Origin: an uncultured Verrucomicrobiae bacterium
Lineage (GTDB): Bacteria; Verrucomicrobiota; Verrucomicrobiia; Chthoniobacterales; Chthoniobacteraceae
Reading direction: 5' to 3'
Length of the DNA stretch: 64,000 bases
Assembly: GCA_963836755.1 (NCBI GenBank)
Contig: CAWIKF010000002.1
Span: forward strand, 1,248,001 to 1,312,000
Below, piece after piece: positions 60,830 through 64,000 of this stretch. Position 1 is the first letter of the stretch. The number at the start of each line of letters is the position of its first letter. A program made the translations under genes and the position numbers. The notes under the pieces were generated by a model. That model had not been told where the DNA came from, did no database searches, and worked only from the letters and a program-made list of their open reading frames with translations.

Positions 60830-61123
60830 TCACGTGTAGGGAATCCAAAATCTACGTGACTCGACAAGCTCAACCTCACCGCTAAACAGAATCGGAGCTG
60901 GCAGCTTTGCGTAAAAGACGAGACCTCGGTAGGGAGTCAGATATTGGTGAACCGTGCGGAATATGCCCGTGGTCGTATGGACTACCAGCGGTCTCTCGCC
61001 GCGCGAAACAATCTCCATGAACGAACGAGGGTCCACAAGCACGATGGTTCCATACGCCTTCAGTGCGTTGATCACGGTTGCTTGTGCTGCTGCCGCGCCG
61101 GGTGTTGTTGCTCCGTAGCTCAT
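60830..61123 (-). CDS. Cassette hypothetical protein
   Basis: 97-aa ORF starting just after the attC at 61144. Confidence 0.55.
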   Translation of the reverse strand: MSYGATTPGAAAAQATVINALKAYGTIVLVDPRSFMEIVSRGERPLVVHTTTGIFRTVHQYLTPYRGLVFYAKLPAPILFSGEVELVESRRFWIPYT

Positions 61124-61159
61124 AGAGTTGCAATGATTTCAGAGTCGAACGCCGAAAAG

Positions 61160-61567
61160 CTAGGCATTCGGGCCATTCGCCGTTGGCTCCAGCGCCTTGT
61201 CAGGCCGTTCGCGCAACAATCGACGCAAGGCGGGAATGGAGACAGCCGCAAAAACGAGAGCTATGACAAGCTCGTAGATAGGATTGTCCCATTGAGTGAG
61301 CTCAGACGAGCCATGAGTTTTCACCGGCATGCCGGGAAATGACGCCGTCTTGTCGCCGGTGTCCGTGCTGACCAGCAACGCGACGATCTGCCCTGGACCG
61401 GCGGGAAATTGAATGGTGTAAACGCCACCCGCCATCGACGTAGAGATGCCGCCACCGGACTTCGCGAATGGAAGGAAAAGCAGCACCAGCGGAACGATGA
61501 AACTGATGAACCAATAGCCGACAGTGAGCCAGAGAAATGCAAGAGCGACTCGGGCGGCGCGGTTCAT
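61160..61567 (-). CDS. Cassette membrane protein
   Basis: Two TM segments; reads into the attC. Confidence 0.5.
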   Translation of the reverse strand: MNRAARVALAFLWLTVGYWFISFIVPLVLLFLPFAKSGGGISTSMAGGVYTIQFPAGPGQIVALLVSTDTGDKTASFPGMPVKTHGSSELTQWDNPIYELVIALVFAAVSIPALRRLLRERPDKALEPTANGPNA

Positions 61568-61624
61568 TGACTCAGCGGTCTCATCCGTTCGTGCTTAGCT
61601 GCATCGCATGGTCAGACCTTGCGG

Positions 61625-61993
61625 TTATTTCTGAAGAGATTGGTTGAAGGAGAGTCGGTTGCCGAATGGGTCGGTGACTTCCATGATCTTTGCGCTCCAC
61701 GCTGTGTCCTCAATGCATGGGTTCATGTTGGGATTCGGGCGGGTGGAAAGCTCGCGGTGAAAGGCCTCAATGTCATCGAGATGAATAAAGGCCTTCGCGC
61801 CCGGACAGGCATCGCCGTAATGTTCCGTGAGATGCAAGATCGCAGAGTCGCGGGAGACTTGGACATATCGCGGCGTGGTAGGTGTGAACCGGTGTTCCCA
61901 ATCGATGCGGAAGCCCAGCCAGTCGACATAAAAAGACCTTGCAAGATCGTAGTCAAAGATGCGGAAGATCGGGATGGGTGCTTCGAGCTTCAT
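61625..61993 (-). CDS. Glyoxalase superfamily protein
   Basis: FYVDWLGFRIDWEHRF, LHLTEHYGD and DPFGNRL motifs. Confidence 0.85.
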   Translation of the reverse strand: MKLEAPIPIFRIFDYDLARSFYVDWLGFRIDWEHRFTPTTPRYVQVSRDSAILHLTEHYGDACPGAKAFIHLDDIEAFHRELSTRPNPNMNPCIEDTAWSAKIMEVTDPFGNRLSFNQSLQK

Positions 61994-62077
61994 TGGATGG
62001 CATCTCCGATGTGCGAGAGCATAGGTCTAAGGGAACAAGATCAGCTACAGGCGGAGGCAGTTAGCTCCATCGCGTGG

Positions 62078-62482
62078 TCAGGCATTTCGCAGGGGATTGA
62101 TGCGGGTAAGGAACTGAGCCCTGTGGGTGAGGCAATAGACCAAGATAATGATGCCCACGACAGTGCCGACGGGGAAGCCACAAAGTAAGATCCCGCCATA
62201 GATGACGAGAAACCAAAAGAACCACTCTGCGCGGTAGCAACAACTGAACAATGCGATGCAAAGTAATACGAGGCCCATAAGGCCGAGCGCGAGACCAGCC
62301 GCAGTAGCACAAAGCACCACACCTATGTTCGCGCCAAGGTGCTGTGGCTCTGCGATGCCGCCGCTTCCAAGCGTCCTGAATGCCCCCATCATGCCGATCA
62401 AAGTTCCGAGAAGTCCAACCACAGGCCCAAGCTGGAGAAGTGCGCCTGTCACGGCGAGGGTCTTTCCGCTGGAGGATTCCAT
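62078..62482 (-). CDS. MotA/TolQ/ExbB-like small membrane protein (cassette)
   Basis: GLLGTLIGMMGAF...ATAAGL; stop in the attC box. Confidence 0.6.
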   Translation of the reverse strand: MESSSGKTLAVTGALLQLGPVVGLLGTLIGMMGAFRTLGSGGIAEPQHLGANIGVVLCATAAGLALGLMGLVLLCIALFSCCYRAEWFFWFLVIYGGILLCGFPVGTVVGIIILVYCLTHRAQFLTRINPLRNA

Positions 62483-62716
62483 ATCGTTCGATTTAGTTGC
62501 GGTTGGAAACGCCTAACATCCTATTGGATCGACGTTCGGGTATCGCGTCAAAGTATGCGTCGGCGTAAGCGGGAGAATGGCGGGCGGGTTTGCCCTGTCA
62601 ATGAGAAAGGGCGCTGCGTGAAAGGGTATCGAGACTGTAGGAAGGCCTCCGGCCTCTCCAGACAACGATAGACGAACGGAAATAGCACCCGGCACCGGGT
62701 CATCTACGCCTCCAGC

Positions 62717-62748
62717 AAAAACGCCGTCCCCTTGCGAGGACGGCGTTT
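62717..62748 (-). terminator. Terminator of the glutamine synthetase gene
   Basis: AAACGCCGTCC...GGACGGCGTTT hairpin with T-run on the minus strand. Confidence 0.7.
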
Positions 62749-62772
62749 GGTGGAGTGTTGCTGTGCGCTGGC

Positions 62773-63795
62773 TTACGGCTTCGGCACGGTCGCGATGGTC
62801 TGCAAAATGCGGCTCGCGATTTTGTAGGGGTCGCCTTGTGAGTTCGGCCGCCGGTCTTCGAGGTAACCTTTGTAGCCGGCGTTCACGAAGCTGTGCGGGA
62901 CGCGGACGGAGGCGCCGCGGTTGGCGATGCCGTAGTTGAATTTATCGATCGACTGCGTCTCGTGCAGGCCGGTGAGGCGCATGTGGTTATCGGGGCCGTA
63001 GACGGCGATGTGTTCGTTTTTGTATTTGTCGAACGCGGCCATCAGCGCCTCGAAGTAAGGTTTGCCGCCGGTTTCGCGCATGTATTCGGTGGAAAAGTTC
63101 GTGTGCATGCCGGAGCCGTTCCAATCGACTTCCATGCCGAGCGGTTTGCAATGCCAGTTCACGTCCACGGAGTATTTTTCGCACAGGCGCATGAGGAGGT
63201 AGCGGCCCATCCACATCTGGTCGGCAGCGGTTTTGGAGCCTTTGCCGAAGATCTGGAATTCCCACTGGCCTTTGGCGACTTCCGCGTTGATGCCTTCGTG
63301 GTTGATGCCGGCGGCGAGACAGAGGTCGAGGTGCGTGTCCACGATCTCGCGGGCGATGTCGCCGACGGATTCGTAGCCGACGCCGGTGTAGTATTTGCCC
63401 TGCGGCGCAGGGAAGCCGCCGCCACTCGGGAAGCCGAGCGGGACGCCGTCTTGATAGAGGAAATATTCCTGCTCAAAGCCGAACCATGCGCCGGGGTCGT
63501 CGAGGATGGTGGCACGGGCGTTGGTCGGGTGCGGCGAGCCGTCGGGCAGCATGACCTCGCACATGACGAGTGCGGCATCGGTTTTGGTGGCGTCGGGATA
63601 GACGGCGACCGGCTTGAGCATGCAATCGGAGCTGTGGCCTTCGGCCTGCCGGGTGGAGCTGCCGTCGAAGCCCCACATCGGGAGATCTTCGAGGTCGGGG
63701 AATTTTTTAAATTCCTTGACTTGGGTTTTGCCGCGGAGGTTGGCGACGGGCTCGTAGCCGTCGAGCCAGATGTATTCGAGTTTGTATTTTGCCAT
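62773..63795 (-). CDS. glnII: Glutamine synthetase type II
   Basis: 340 aa; [26 protein letters not shown] and YLEDRRP motifs. Confidence 0.92.
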   Translation of the reverse strand: MAKYKLEYIWLDGYEPVANLRGKTQVKEFKKFPDLEDLPMWGFDGSSTRQAEGHSSDCMLKPVAVYPDATKTDAALVMCEVMLPDGSPHPTNARATILDDPGAWFGFEQEYFLYQDGVPLGFPSGGGFPAPQGKYYTGVGYESVGDIAREIVDTHLDLCLAAGINHEGINAEVAKGQWEFQIFGKGSKTAADQMWMGRYLLMRLCEKYSVDVNWHCKPLGMEVDWNGSGMHTNFSTEYMRETGGKPYFEALMAAFDKYKNEHIAVYGPDNHMRLTGLHETQSIDKFNYGIANRGASVRVPHSFVNAGYKGYLEDRRPNSQGDPYKIASRILQTIATVPKP

Positions 63796-64000
63796 GATGG
63801 TTTTGAATTAAGCGTGTTTGGATTAAAAGGGCTCGACGCGTCAGCGGCCGAGCCTGCGACACGCTTAGCAGCCGCTATGCTAGCGACAAGAAAAAAGCGC
63901 CTTTACTCTACAAATTCGCGCCGCAAGCGCCGTTCGCGGTGCTGCCGGTGGATGAAGTCAGACAGCACGGTGGATTTTGTGCGCAAAAAGATGCAGCGCC

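Larger units (their letters stand above)
61144..62540 (-). mobile_element. Chromosomal cassette array without intI (CALIN 3)
   Basis: attI-like site at 62511-62538; attC at 62025-62083 and 61144-61205; half attC ending 61617. Confidence 0.75.

Noticed and set aside
60780..60830. Additional attC between the VOC gene and the upstream cassette
   Set aside because: Too degenerate; no convincing box pair.

Overview
The window contains a complete ~43 kb integrative element (9551-52525) inserted in a minus-strand tRNA-Val(CAC), with a 38-bp direct repeat that unusually duplicates the 5' half of the tRNA. The host is probably a Verrucomicrobia-like bacterium (inferred from recalled gene families, not searched). 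The backbone is small: a tyrosine integrase with atypical catalytic motifs, a Prim-Pol/SF3 helicase, a Zn-finger protein and an excisionase-like HTH. I see no capsid, terminase, relaxase or T4SS genes. The most striking unexplained structure is a family of 112-115 bp origin-like units (CGGACG-N3-CGGACG ... CGTCCG-N3-CGTCCG). There are five complete copies plus two half sites, all of one polarity, that punctuate the cargo; several lie beside truncated genes or attC sites. The cargo includes integron cassette arrays without intI, defence-type genes (VapD, NYN, DUF262+HEPN, frameshifted Type ISP R-M, NERD, PLD), a GH38, a captured thiC 3' end and a DNA-processing operon (RecB/Cas4-like nuclease, WGR-ligase, a 57-aa histone-fold-like ORF missing from the ORF track, a beta-clamp homolog, DUF932). 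The flanks carry rhamnose/pectin genes (GH78, GH106, GH28-GH105, kduI, kduD), glnII, a 42-bp tandem repeat and a second cassette array with the same attC family. All protein calls come from motif recognition only. Several single-base frameshifts may be assembly errors.
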